From the NCBI GenBank assembly GCA_965113315.1, contig OZ220365.1: a stretch of 64,000 bases of DNA; one strand, 5' to 3'. A program made the position numbers and the translations under genes. Below, piece after piece: positions 1 to 11,760 of the stretch. Under the pieces are notes generated by a model that saw nothing but the letters and a program-made list of their open reading frames with translations, ran no database searches and was not told the DNA's origin. Source of the DNA: Podarcis vaucheri. Lineage: Eukaryota. How positions within the stretch are numbered: position 1 is the stretch's first letter; each line of letters begins with the position of its first letter.

Positions 1-320
1 TCCTACTGCCAGAAAGTTCTTCCTGAAGTTTAGTCAGAATCTCATTTCTTGTACAGTGGCACCTTGGGTTAAGTACTTAATTTGTTCCGGAGGTCCGTAC
101 TTAACCTGAAACTGTTCTTAACCTGAAGCACCACTTTAGCTAATGGGGCCTCCTGCTGCTGCGCCGCCGGAGCACAATTTCTGTTCTCATCCTGAGGCAA
201 AGTTCTTAACCCAAGGTACTATTTCTGTAACCTGAAGCATATGTAACCCGAGGTACCACTGTAATTTGAATGAATTGGTTTGGGTCCTATTCTCTGGAGC
301 AGCAGAAAACAAGCTTGCTT
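1..320 (-). mobile_element. CR1 LINE 3' fragment interrupted by a MITE
   Basis: agaaagttcttcctgaagttt...ttcttg | atttgaat...ctctggagcagcagaaaacaag resembles the reverse complement of the CR1 3' end also seen at 17353 and 62373; split at a TA by the element at 54-261. Confidence 0.7.
54..261. mobile_element. Tc1/mariner (pogo/Tigger-like) MITE
   Basis: TIRs CAGTGGcACCTtGGGTTA / TAACCCGAGGTACCACTG with TA target duplications at 52-53 and 262-263; second copy at 26498-26732. Confidence 0.9.
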
Positions 321-347
321 GTAGGACTGCAGTCTGAGTGCTTTTAC

Positions 348-470
348 CTGTATGGCTTCATGCAGCTGGATTATAACAGATCTGACACTTCCATGACACT
401 TCTGCTGCTTGTAATAAGCAAAGCTATCATTTGCTTCTTCACCTGAGATTTTCCCAATAATTCCTTGATT
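348..470 (-). CDS. KIF25: Probable kinesin KIF25, coding exon 3 (NQGIIGKISGEEANDSFAYYKQQKCHGSVRSVIIQLHEAIQ)
   Basis: ttttaaacag acceptor, CAG|gtaaaa donor, 123 nt open in phase 0, compatible with the exon at 4187-4252; gene identity inferred from AFDN-KIF25 synteny, motor domain outside the window. Confidence 0.65.
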
Positions 471-2549
471 CTGTTTAAAAATAAAAACCCAGATAGTTCA
501 AAAAGACAAATAGACTAGGAATTGGAGATTTCTACAAAGCCCAACAACATAAAATGTAAACATTCAGAAAGTCAAGTGTTATAACCCACAAAAGTTCACT
601 GTATTTTTATGCAAAGGCTAGATGTGAGGAATTGAATTTTTTCACATGAAGCAATGGTTTTCTACCACCCCTAGTTTTTCTATTTTCCTTTATGCATGAA
701 ATGTTTGATCACCTTCAGCTACTAAGTAGATTCTCACAAAAGGTTGTCTATTTGAATGAATGACAGTCTTCCACTTAAGTCAGCAGTGGGAGATTATAGC
801 TGTAGACACAATGAATTGATTAACATTTGACTTCTTATATTAAAAAGTTCTGAAATCCCATTTCTATTCATAAGAGAGGGGAAATGAAAATCAATTTTGA
901 GAGCAGATGAGTTCATTTAACCCTAACATTCTTGCCACTTTCCAAGTGTCTGTTGTCATTTAATCTTTTACTCCACATTATCATGGACAATGAAGGTTGG
1001 TATATTTTCCAATATGTAGAAACTCTCATGCTCAATACATACATTAATTTTTTCTGGTAGATTTCCATCAAGATATATGCAGCTGTGCACAAAATTGTTT
1101 CTGTTGCATAGCTCCTGTGCCCTGTGTGAGGTGCATCTGTGTCAATCCCCTGACAATTTCTTTTTTAAGTTTCATGTAACAAATCTGATGAGATGCAGGC
1201 ATTTATGACAGCTGTAAGCCATAGTAAGCCTCTGCTACCCCCTGCATACCCTACTGCTGAAAAGGCCAACGGATTTGATATTGTTCTTTTTCTGAAGTGG
1301 TCTGTGGATTACAGCTGAAGATCAAATAAAATGTTCTGGTGTATGTTTGTTTTTTCAGTAAGGTGACTGGCTATGATCAAAACCAGAGTAAATGCTGTAG
1401 GCCAGTAGTTCACAATTAGCTAAGTATTGCGAACCTCCTGTTTTTAAAAAACAAAGCTCCCTACTTTTGAAAACATTGATACCTCTATGGTAGTTTTTGC
1501 TTTGTGAATGGTGTCACAGACCCCCTGGGGTCTGTGGACCACCAGTTGGGAACCACTGCTGTAGGCAATTGGGTGAAAATGATTGACAGCAGGTTCAAAA
1601 GGGACAGAAGGGAAGTATTATGTTACACAATATATGCATTAAGACAAGAGGTTGTAATGAGAGAAGGCAGCGGTGGAAAAATTATGGTTTAAATCACCCC
1701 CCCCCCAATAAACTAGATCTATTGCCATGACAGCTAAATGCAACCTCTTAGTATCCAGATACAAGCACAAGTCATTTCTTCAGCTGCTCACCATCCTTTT
1801 CTGGCTAGGCCAGTCGGTGTCTTTTGGGTGTGTGTCAGAGCTGCTACCTGCCTTTGATGGTTGTTTCTTGCAAGCTAAGTGTCAAGAACCAAGCAGTTCA
1901 TGTCACAAATGGTTTCATCTGAGATAAAATTGTAAGCTCTTGAAGAGATCCATGCGAAGACTTTGAAGCACTGCAGTCATCATATTTCTCCACCACGTTA
2001 TTCTGGTAAGTACTCGCAGGGAAGCTGAGCTCAAAAGGCAACATCTGGCTTTCAGTCAAGTTCTATTTTGTTTCAGTTGATCCCCGTTTTTATCCTTAAA
2101 GAGTTAACCAAGCCTCCACAAAGGCAAGAGACTTTCATGAGGTCACCCAGCAATTTACAGTCTCACATTAGATTAGAACCTCTTGGCTGGCAGTTGCTAT
2201 TACCACTAATCCCTGCAGTCTGCCCTAATGCGGGCCCAGCCTCCAACTGTTCCAAGTTTTCTAAATCTCTAGCAGTGTTGCAGTGCAAGAAGCAAAATCC
2301 CTCAGCAAGGATAAGTGTCAACTATGCTCAACAATGGCTTGAAAATTAAATTAAGGCAGCTATAAAAAAGAAGCAACATATTGTCATCATTTAAAGGTTT
2401 CTCAGACACTGGTGGTTTCCACTAGACCTTTTCTTCCTCTTCCACTTAACAAGAACAATAAAAATACTATGCTGAATGAGACAATTAAGATTACTACTTC
2501 AGATCAGTGGACCACTGCATAAGTTACCATTATAATAGTTATGCAATCT

Positions 2550-2662
2550 TTATGAAAGGACATCTTGAAATTATATTTGTTTGTTTGTCTGTTTTTCTTT
2601 TATGTTTGTTTGTTATAAAAACTCTTGTAAAACCAATAAAAATTTTATAAAAAAAAAAAAAA
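2550..2662 (+). mobile_element. 5'-truncated poly(A) retroelement end (L1/Tx1-type)
   Basis: AATAAA then a poly(A) tail, flanked by a perfect 19-bp TSD tataatagttatgcaatct (2531-2549 and 2663-2681). Confidence 0.8.
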
Positions 2663-3834
2663 TATAATAGTTATGCAATCTGAACCTGGTAACCTAGGAA
2701 GCAGGTATTTATTACATCATGTGAACATAGAGAAACTTTACTGCAGAGACCCATGCTTAGCACCAGCGCACTACAATGTGTTTTCATAGGCGAATTGTTT
2801 TTCCATAGCGAAATAAACATGGATAATCTGCCTCATGTGTTTTCCGACAGAAGAGGGTACATGCAAAATCTGTAACATGTGGCCCATCACTTATTCATTC
2901 TTGCAAGCAATCACTTGAAACACAGCTGCAAAGAAGCTACGCCACATAGCAAAATGTTTGCATTAATAGTGTCTCCCCATGTAGCTCCACAGATTTTCAT
3001 TTGCACCAGCATAGCAGAAAATGTTGAAATGTTGCACTTCCTAAAAATGACAGTATTAATTAAAGGGGAGGATCAAATATAAAATAATTTCCAGTAGCCT
3101 TGAATTCTCTCTAATAGAATGTCAGGTAAAATGTGTTCCACATGTAAGAAAACATACAAATGAATTCAAGAGGATGCCAATATTAATTAATGAGAAGGCT
3201 CAAGGTAGCTATCTATAAAAGGCAGGAGCACTTTCTGTAAAAAGTAGGTGTCTTGCCCTTATGAGGAGAAAAAGGAGCATAATGTTGAAAATAAGGTGGT
3301 TGATTTGGATTAGATTGCCAAAACACTTAACAAGCATTTATTTAAATTACAACTCACAGAACTGGCAGTGGAAAAAAATGCCTATTCTACGCTGGAGATA
3401 ATGAGGAAGGGATTGAAAACGAAACAGCCAGTATTATAATGTTCGTAGATAAATCCAAAGACTTGTGAGTTAGGCCCTTGTCTATTCTAGGTAGCAGCAA
3501 CTGTTCAGGAAGAGCTGTGTCAGGTGATAATTACAGTAATTAATGTTTTAGTTGTGCCTGTAGGTTGACAGATGGCTTTTACTCTGCTTAAACTGAAAGA
3601 TGTAGTAATACACACAAATATGCATAGCAACCCAGGGGAACTGATGAGAATATACTTCCAAATCTATGCTGCAAGATGGATAAGAAGATACATCTCCATT
3701 CAAGTTGTATTATGCTGAATTGCACCAGTCAGATCACCTGTTGTAGCACATTCAGTCCCCATCAGCTGGATACCTGATCTAATATCAGGAACTAGATGCA
3801 GGATACACATTTTTCAGAAATCTGGGAACATCAG

Positions 3835-3952
3835 AAGGTGCTTTATGCTGAATCAAACCACTCATTCATCTAGTCCAGGATTGTCTCCACTACCTGGCAG
3901 CAGCTTTTCACAATTTCAGACTGGGGTGTCTCCCAGCCCTACCTGGAGATAT
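3835..3952 (-). mobile_element. Old SINE fragment, same family as 31705-31862
   Basis: shared ...cagccctacctggagat / ...cagccctacctagaaat and upstream similarity. Confidence 0.5.
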
Positions 3953-4186
3953 GGCCATTCCCCAGCAACCTGTCAGCAACTCTCTTTTGGCAAGCACATC
4001 TTCCTGGTCAATGGATATTAGATGGAAGTCATTTGTAAAGTGAACTCAGATTGTGGAACTATGCTTCCTGGATCAGTGTGTTTATTTACATAGGTCTGAC
4101 CCATTAATAAGTTGAAATTGAAAGCTTGGGGGGAGATGTATATACTACAGTGGGATGGGATATGGAGTACATTATGCTGTACTTAC

Positions 4187-4252
4187 TTTTGCCAGCTTGA
4201 GATGCAGAAGGGCATTTTCTGTTTCTAGCACTATGATCCGTTCCTGCTTTTT
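4187..4252 (-). CDS. KIF25: Probable KIF25 coding exon 2 (KKQERIIVLETENALLHLKLAK, coiled coil)
   Basis: tttcccag acceptor, AAA|gtaagt donor, 66 nt phase 0/0, heptad-like peptide continuing exon 1. Confidence 0.7.
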
Positions 4253-5340
4253 CTGGGAAAACATGGTAAGCCTGAACTTAAATGGATAAAGTAAGTTATA
4301 CAAGAATCCAATTTAATTTACTGCTAGCAACTCCTCTGATCCCAAACTGTATCTGTTTCTCACTCTAAGAGCCAAGACACACATTACAATACACCAAACT
4401 ATCTGGCCATCCTTGCCTCAGGGACAATTTGTATGAGGAACCCTTTGGTATACACTAAGAATCAGCTATTTGATACGTAGTTTAAAGCTCAGCTCTTATC
4501 ACACAATTTGGGAAGGGAGTATTTGGGGGGGGCGTTAACTGACACCTGTAACATGGAAACAATTTAAGACAGGGGCCAAGTATTATTCTGCATTGATTTA
4601 AATCACTACTTTCGCAGAACATTTTAATAACAAAAATCACAACAGCTCTAAATCATTATTAAAAATCTTTCCCCATAAAAATGTGTGTGCCATCACTGCA
4701 TCCACCTCTTTGTGCTTTCCCCTTTTTCAGTAATATTATTTCTGAACTGCCACTGGCAACTGTACAACATATTGGAGAAGAAAGTGTGGAAAATAGCCTC
4801 ATTGGGCCCCATCTATTTAATTGCATTGACCTTTAGGATTCTAGAATGGTAGCCCCAGAAAATATGAAGGGATTACAAAAGGGAATTGATTAGACTGTCA
4901 GCAGATTTGTTCAGTTCTACTCCAAACAGGAAATATCCATTCATTTGTGTATTTAAAATGTAACAACTTCAAAAGCATACATGGATGGGGTAGGGAAAAG
5001 TGTGTTCATCCTCATTGTCTCTGTCCAAAAGATGTCAGAATCACATTGAAATGTGCACGTCATTGTTCCAAAAGTGTTTGGCATGATACTGGGGTCTTGT
5101 TGCAGCTTTCCACGAGTCCTTTCTGCACAGCAATACCACATACCCTTAACATATGGAAGAGGAATGCATCTGATACCCAGCTTCCTGACCTGCAGATATT
5201 GAATATCTTCATCAAGCAGGGTGCAGATCACACAAGGAGAGTCTATGCACACAGCTTGTATGAACATAAACTTTGCTCAGATCAGTGTGAAGAGGGCGCT
5301 ACCAACAAGTGCAAACTCACTCTCCACTCAATATGTTATT

Positions 5341-5778
5341 GAGTGATTTAGGTTTGATAAGGCCCGAAGCTACTGAAGGCAATGGGGCCTTTTATATGTC
5401 CAGCTGTTCTTTGTCAACAACAAATTGTCGCTGGTTTTTGTGTTTAATATATGCTATATGGCAATTTATGGACCTAAAGGGTATCTAAAGCCATTTGCAT
5501 ATAAAATATATGTATTTCATCAAAGTAATTGTTGAACTGAAATACAATTAAGAAGTATATTAATAGTGAAATTATTGTTAATCTTTAACTTAAAATGATT
5601 TTTTTATTCATAACAAACTTAATAATGCAAACACACTGGCGTTTGGCAATAACAAAAGTTTGTTTTTACATTTTGGAAACGTACATGCAGTTATTTTTTC
5701 CTTTAATTTTTTTGGGGCCCCCAAGAGAGTGGGGCCCTAAACTATAGCTTGTTTAGCTTATAAGTAAATCCGGCATTA
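5341..5778. mobile_element. Degenerate non-autonomous DNA transposon (hAT-like)
   Basis: GGGCCC-rich subterminal motifs at both ends, AT-rich core, right end ...taaatccggca. Confidence 0.45.
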
Positions 5779-5845
5779 TGCAGGCAGGGAGCTGCTGCAG
5801 GAGTTTTTGCCCTGTCTCATCTCACTGCGATATTTATTATAAAAG

Positions 5846-5890
5846 AAGGGAGGGAGGGAGGGAGGGAGGGAAGGAAAGAAGGAAGGAAGG
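5846..5890. repeat. (GGGA)n(GGAA)n purine microsatellite in intron 1 of the downstream gene
   Basis: direct sequence. Confidence 0.9.
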
Positions 5891-5964
5891 GATGATGGCG
5901 CTAAACCCAGGGTGTATTAGCCACAAGGACAAGTTGGTCACCCCCCTCTCTAAGCCCGAGAAGT

Positions 5965-6380
5965 TTCGCCCTTGCCAAGCACTCCTTTCCCAGAGACTCA
6001 CGCGCAGCTTCTGCTCCAGCTGCCGGATCCGCTGCTGCGACGCAAAGCTCAGGCTTATCCCATCCCCGGGCCGCATCCTGCAAGTTTGCTGGTCCAGGAG
6101 GGGTGGGGTGGAAGCCTCTTCTCCCTGCCGCACTCTTTCTGGCAAGCCCGTTTGAATCGACCAATTGCAGCCAAGGACATAGCTTCGCAGCGGTTGCCAC
6201 GGTTACCCGTCTCCGCTTCCGGGAAGGGCGAGCGTCGCGATTGGCCGGGCTTGGAAAGGGGAGGGACACAGCCGAGTGGGGATTAAAGCTGCTGCTTGTG
6301 ATTTCTCTGCTGATGATTCCAGCGGAGACCCTTTGCCCAGGAGGCACAGAGAGGGGCATCGGCCAAGCCGGAGCAGCGTT
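5965..6380 (-). promoter_or_regulatory. CpG-island promoter with CHR (6151-6156), CCAAT boxes (6161-6165, 6240-6244), RFX X-box (6193-6206) and TTCCGGGAA (6217-6225)
   Basis: only strongly CpG-rich non-repeat segment in an AT-rich window; motifs read directly; lies upstream of the ATG at 6076. Confidence 0.8.
6002..6076 (-). CDS. KIF25: Probable KIF25 first coding exon (MRPGDGISLSFASQQRIRQLEQKLR)
   Basis: ATG at 6076 inside a CpG island, CGC|gtgagt donor, 75 nt phase 0; the ORF-track start at 6145 is TTG, not ATG. Confidence 0.65.
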
Positions 6381-6518
6381 TGCATTTCAAGGATATTGTC
6401 AATACTTGGGTTTAAAATATAATGAGGGTGGTGTCTGCAAAGCGAGAGGAAGCAGCTGCCTCCTGCATTTTTCCTCTTTTTTTTCAACTAGGCAAAATAG
6501 GCTCTCAATCCTTTAACC

Positions 6519-6654
6519 CGAGCATAGGCAAACTCGGCCCTCCAGATGTTTTGGGACTACAACTCCCACCATCCCTAGCTAACACGACCAGGGGTCAGGG
6601 ATGATGGAAGTTGTAGTCCCAAAGCATCTGGAGGGCCGAGTTTGCCTATGCCTG
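6519..6654. mobile_element. Palindromic hAT-type MITE
   Basis: long inverted arms gcataggcaaactcggccctccagatg...catctggagggccgagtttgcctatgc; 8-bp TSD ctttaacc/cttcaacc; degenerate relatives near 18660, 19860, 27725, 45985, 57755. Confidence 0.85.
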
Positions 6655-7618
6655 CTTCAACCCCTCTCCCCTTGAGCAATAGCTGGCAGTGGGCAGGTAG
6701 CAGGACAATGAGAAGAGGATTCTTCTCCACCCTTGTTCAGTTCGGATTTCCCCTCCTTCTAGCAAAAGCTTAAGCCCAGCCAGGAAGTTGACAAAGGAAC
6801 GAGTAGGATGTGAGGCACAGGGGGCTAGTTTCACACCTCCTGTTACTAAAGCCTAGATCAGGAACCTTGGGTAGGCATGAGACAGTGTAGCTGGGTTATT
6901 TAAATGTGCATGAAAATGACTTTATGTTTATGTGGATCTTGGAGTTTGTTTCTACCTTAAGACCCTCCAGCACTTTGAGATCTCCCAGATTCTATCTTCT
7001 ATCGAGACTAACTAGTAGAACTTTCTTGGCAAATCCCAATGCTAGATAGAACTGCCCTGAAGCCCCTATAGCTATACTTGCTGTCCAAAGATGTACACAC
7101 ACTTATTTTTTGAAAGGAAAATTTTCAGTGGACTTAACTTGGACAGGTGGATGCGAACAAGTCACCTGTCAATCACATGAGATGTGAGTTGCCCCGCTCA
7201 CCTGTCCAAATCCCTCCTGCTTTCAAAGCCTGCCCCAGGCAGATTCTTAGAACATCCAGTTCAGAGCTATCTTTAAGGTATATGTGTGGGTAGAGATTGC
7301 CTCAAACACTGTTAGCTTCAAGTCATTCCCCACTCTCCCATCTGAGCACGGACCTCCTTAAAATACTTCTTTGAACCAGGCACTGGATGGGGGAAAAGAA
7401 AGAGACTGAGGCATATTGTACTGGCTCCTTTAATATTTTCTCCACTTGCTTGTCCCTTGCTTGCTTGAAGGAGAAAGTACCTCAGCTGATATCACCAGGA
7501 AAAATGGCCTCGAAGGCCAAATTTGGTCTGCGGGTTGGAGGCTCCCTGGTCTCCACTCCTGGTTTATAGCCAAACTGCAATTAAATATGCGGTATATAAG
7601 AATTTTCTACCTCTAAAT

Positions 7619-8140
7619 TCAGAGGTGGGAAGCCTTTAGCCCATGAGTCTTATTAGGTCCAGCACAATTTGGTCTGTGAGGCCAATTTCTTCAACTGTGG
7701 CCACCTACACCACACCTGATGTCATTGTATGTCAGGTGGTGGGGCAGGTGGAGACGCGGCTGCCAATGCACACCAGAAACCTTAAAGTGCCCTCTTCATT
7801 ATGCATTGGCAAGCCTCCCTTGTCAATTAGCTGACTGGCACTGTGAACCCGCCAGCTGAGATTGGCTGCACTATAGAGTTCACCATTAGAAACTCTGCAG
7901 TTCAGCCAATCCCAGTAGAAAGTAGAGCTTGAAGTCTGCACCTGTCAGTGGTAACTTTAAGCCCACTTTGCTGGGCCTGGATTTTCCTTTGTGGTGTAGC
8001 TTGTCATGCTACAAATGGGGAAAAATGACATAGTGACACCAGGGGATTGATAGGTGGGCAGAACTCACTCATCCAATACGTCCCGCTGACAGGAACCCAG
8101 GATCTGGCCACTTGCTTTACCCAGTTCCCCACTCCTGCTC
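7619..8140. mobile_element. Degenerate hAT (Charlie-like) element
   Basis: ends cagaggtgggaagcct... / ...agttccccactcctg; internal acctgtca/tgacagg motifs shared with 7140-7260 and 55030-55700. Confidence 0.5.
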
Positions 8141-8389
8141 TAATATGTAAACCAATAATTTGGTAGTTTACAAGTTCTTAAGTGGCAAAAACAGCTCACT
8201 GCCCATCTAGCTTACTGATCAGACATTCATCTATACTATGCTATAGATTCTATAGTGTTATCAAAAGCTAAAGTTCAATTACGTACTTTGTGTCTCTGAT
8301 TATATTTTAGGTAAATGTGTAACAAAATAACTAGATATTGACATTTGTGATTTGAACAAATACTCTTGATACAGACATTATGCAGTGCA

Positions 8390-9526
8390 AAGTTAAATAC
8401 AATACAAAGTTTATTAAAAATAGGTTGCAAGTGAAATACAGTAGAAATGGGAAACTACAGCAGTTTTGATGTTTCTTTTTTTCATAATAATGCACAGACA
8501 GTTATGAAAAGCACTTTTACTCATATTCACATGTGGCCTGAATGCCCAGTAGCAGTCAAATCCACTCCACGGTAAGTGATATTTCTTTGCTTAGGTTCTA
8601 GCAGCAACAGTATTCCAGCCACAGAATATCTAGTGTTCTCAAGATAAATTGGGGGAGGCTTGCTTTTCCTGATTAACAGATATAGCAAGCATGCAAATCC
8701 TTCATTAACACTTTCAACCAATTTCATCTCCTACTTCATATTTAACAGGTGAACGGTAAAAGCACACTTTCAAATAAGAAACCTGAAATATGTAAAAAAA
8801 AATATTTACACTCCAATTTTAATATCATTAACTTGCATTTATTTATCATACAACTCTTATTAAAAGTGATTTCTAAGGCAGTGAAAGTCTACCCTCTGCA
8901 TTTGGAAGTGTGCATAATTCCCTAAATATATATTTATAAGATAACATATTATACAGAAAAATCATCTAAAACCCAATTAAGGGCTTTATCAAATAGAAAA
9001 TTTGCTTAGAATCACAATATAATATATTGTTTTAAACATCACACAATGAGAAACAAACTCTAATGAGGTCCTTATTCTCAACATCAGCCATACAGGAACA
9101 GTGGGAGAAAAGAAGATTTCAACTGCTTAAAAATTAAATAATGCTGCAGTATAGTGTGAAAGATAGCTTGAACTGCCAATATTTTCTACAATAGATAGAA
9201 AGAGGATGCTAGTAAACCAAAGGCTGCTTGACTAGCACTTCTCAACATGAAGGACCAAGTGATGCGCTGCCAGGCCACTGCAGTAAAACTATTTTTGGCA
9301 GACAATACTTTCATGTTTCTCATCACAGTAATAGTAACCATGTCCCTCTGCAAGTAGTACTTAATATGCTATCTATTAGTACTGGAAATCTTCTAGTCCT
9401 TTTAACATCTAACTTTGGTTTTGTCTTAGCTACAACGGGAGCTACCAGAAGAAACTTATTCCCTATTGCTTAAGTCTGGAATTTCTACATAGTTTTAAAA
9501 CACTGTATTCTCAATCTACACGTACA

Positions 9527-9557
<31 letters not shown>

Positions 9558-10360
9558 CATTCCTATGCGTCCATCTATATTTTACCAATCCCTTCCTTCA
9601 GCTCTTACCAAGGATTTCACAACTCAAGTTTTAAAAGTGGTTTACAGCTCAAGTGTAGTGATGAAGGAAGAAGAGCTGGAAAATCCAGGGTGCAGGTTTT
9701 ATCACATCACTGGACTGCCACCAATATAAATCAAGTCAAGTATTTCATGTCCCCATAACTGTATGATATTACTCTGTGTCTAAGGATTAAATGTGCTAAC
9801 ACAGCCCTTTTATTTTCAGAGTATTCAATTCTGTTTTTACTGCAAGAGAATATCCAAGGAAACCCAGACTCGAACCACAAGTTTTCAGTGATATGCTAGT
9901 AAATTGTTTGTTTACCACCTCATACTTTGAATGAAACAATCTAGAGTGCAACAAGCCAGTGCAGAGTTTAGTTTAGGCAGTTCAAGCTATAGCCACTTTT
10001 TCTGTTTAGCAGCTAACAAAGTATTTTTTGTAAGACAAGGAAGCAACAATTCTTCAGTAAGTGTGACCCAGGACCTTTGCAGAAGTAGTTAAACCCTCAA
10101 AGAAAGGAAAGGGTGTGGAGAAAGGACATAATGACACTTGATTCATATAATTAAAATACATTTTACAGTGCTTTCATTGTATAAACACAAGCTCTTGGGG
10201 AAAAAATGTTTTTCTTGCTATTGCAACATATCTAAATCTCAACCATCCAGATGTTGAGATTCCATCTCAATTGTCAGAGGACACTTCTTCCTTCTTGAAC
10301 AGCCCCTTCCCTAGTCCCACAGATATTCTTCGGATTATGTTTCATAAGGTGCCTTTAATC
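8390..10360 (-). other. AFDN: AFDN 3' UTR
   Basis: between stop TAG (10361-10363) and the AATAAA; no recognisable TE; contains (CA)n at ~9529-9557. Confidence 0.7.
8410..8415 (-). terminator. AFDN: AFDN main polyadenylation signal AATAAA
   Basis: AATAAA on the minus strand followed by U/GU-rich sequence (ctttgtattgtattt), about 1.95 kb after the stop codon. Confidence 0.7.
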
Positions 10361-10505
10361 CTATTTTGTGTTTAATTCATTTTCCAATTCCATTAATTTC
10401 CTAGATGCCTTAACTTTGTTGGACACATCCTGACCCTGGGAAAAGAGTCTCTGACGTTCCCGAAAAGTCAAGTTTTCTGGTGCACCAGGTAAATCTGCAT
10501 CTTGA
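10361..10505 (-). CDS. AFDN: Afadin terminal coding exon (SQDADLPGAPENLTFRERQRLFSQGQDVSNKVKASRKLMELENELNTK*), l-afadin C-terminus
   Basis: matches the l-afadin C-terminus; tttctttgcag acceptor, phase 2. Confidence 0.97.
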
Positions 10506-10789
10506 CTGCAAAGAAAGAAATATCTCAATGTTACAGAAGTATTGCATTGCCAGAAATCTAGATGCTTTGCATAATTTTTAGCTGGGGTCTGCAATCACTT
10601 GCATATGTATTTGTAAATCCCATAGAAATAAAAGAAGCCTATTTCCAAGTAAACCAGATTAGGATTGGGTTGTTAGTCTTTATTTTTGCACGGACAATTT
10701 TGTCCACGTTGTATCAGGTTATGTACAAATGTCCGTCCTGTTGTAAAGACTGCTACAATGTTTTATACAAAATTAGTTCATACTTTATT

Positions 10790-11760
10790 GTTGTTATTAT
10801 TATTAAAAATTCTATACCACACTTCATCCAAAGATCACAGGGTGGTTTATAATATAAAAACACAATAATACATACTATAGCGACAAAAACAAACAAACCA
10901 ATGACCCTCTCCAGAGTTTAAAAGTCCATAGATATCCCTGTTCAGATAGGGACAGAGTTGGGCCACCAGCTGAAGCTGGTGGAAGGAACTCAGCACCACT
11001 GAGGCCACCGGAGCCTCAAGTGGAAGCAATGGAACAGGAGGAACTCCCAAGATATGAAACTTGCTACTTCAAAGGGAGTATAACCCCTTTAAGAGCAGGC
11101 AATCTCCCATCCATCTGGCCAAGGAACAGTGCCTCAGTATTATGCGGATTGAGCTTCAGTTTGTTGGCTCTCATCCAGTCCATTACCAAGGCAAGACAAC
11201 GGTCCAACACATCCACTGCCACATCTGCAGATGTAGTAAAATAGGGCTGTGTTTCATCAGCATATTGCGGACAATGTACTCCAAAGCTCCAGATGTCCCC
11301 AATCAGTGGCTTCATATAGATGTTAAACAGCATAGGAGTTAAAATGGAACCCTGAGTAACCCCACATTGAAGGCTCCACAGGACTGAAGTGCACTACACA
11401 AGCATCGCTTTCTGGAAGAGACCATCCAAGTAGGACCAGAACCACCACAAAGCGGTGCCACCCACCCCTAACTGGGATAGCTGCTGCAGAAAAATAACAT
11501 GATCAATGGTATCAAAAGCTGCTGAAAGGTCACTCTCCCAACCGATATCATCATACAGGGCAACCAAAACAGGGCCTAAACTCCAAATGAAATGGATCTA
11601 GAAAATAAGTTTCCTCCAAAAGTGCCTGGGTCTGGTCTGCGACTATCCCACTCAAGAACCTTGGCCCAAGAAGGTGAGACTGGCCACTGATTTGTAATTA
11701 CTTAAGATTTTCTGAATTCGGGGAAGGTTTATTGAGGAATGATTTTACCACGGCCTCCTT
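10790..11760 (-). mobile_element. L2/CR1-clade LINE remnant with reverse-transcriptase motifs
   Basis: ORF 11064-11333: LFNIYMKPL..QYADETQ..WMRANKLKLNPHNTE (YADD-like RT and thumb); L2-type 3' tail near 10790-10855. Confidence 0.85.

Noticed and set aside
4947-5342. Overlapping 131-aa and 104-aa ORFs in intron 1 of the downstream gene
   Set aside because: No recognisable protein features or coherent splice sites; expected by chance
5778-6516. Cluster of overlapping ORFs on both strands
   Set aside because: Stop-codon depletion in a GC-rich CpG island; only the 6002-6076 exon has splice support
11064-11333. Reverse-transcriptase-like ORF as a novel RT system
   Set aside because: Decayed L2-clade LINE fragment (YADE instead of YADD, frameshifts nearby)
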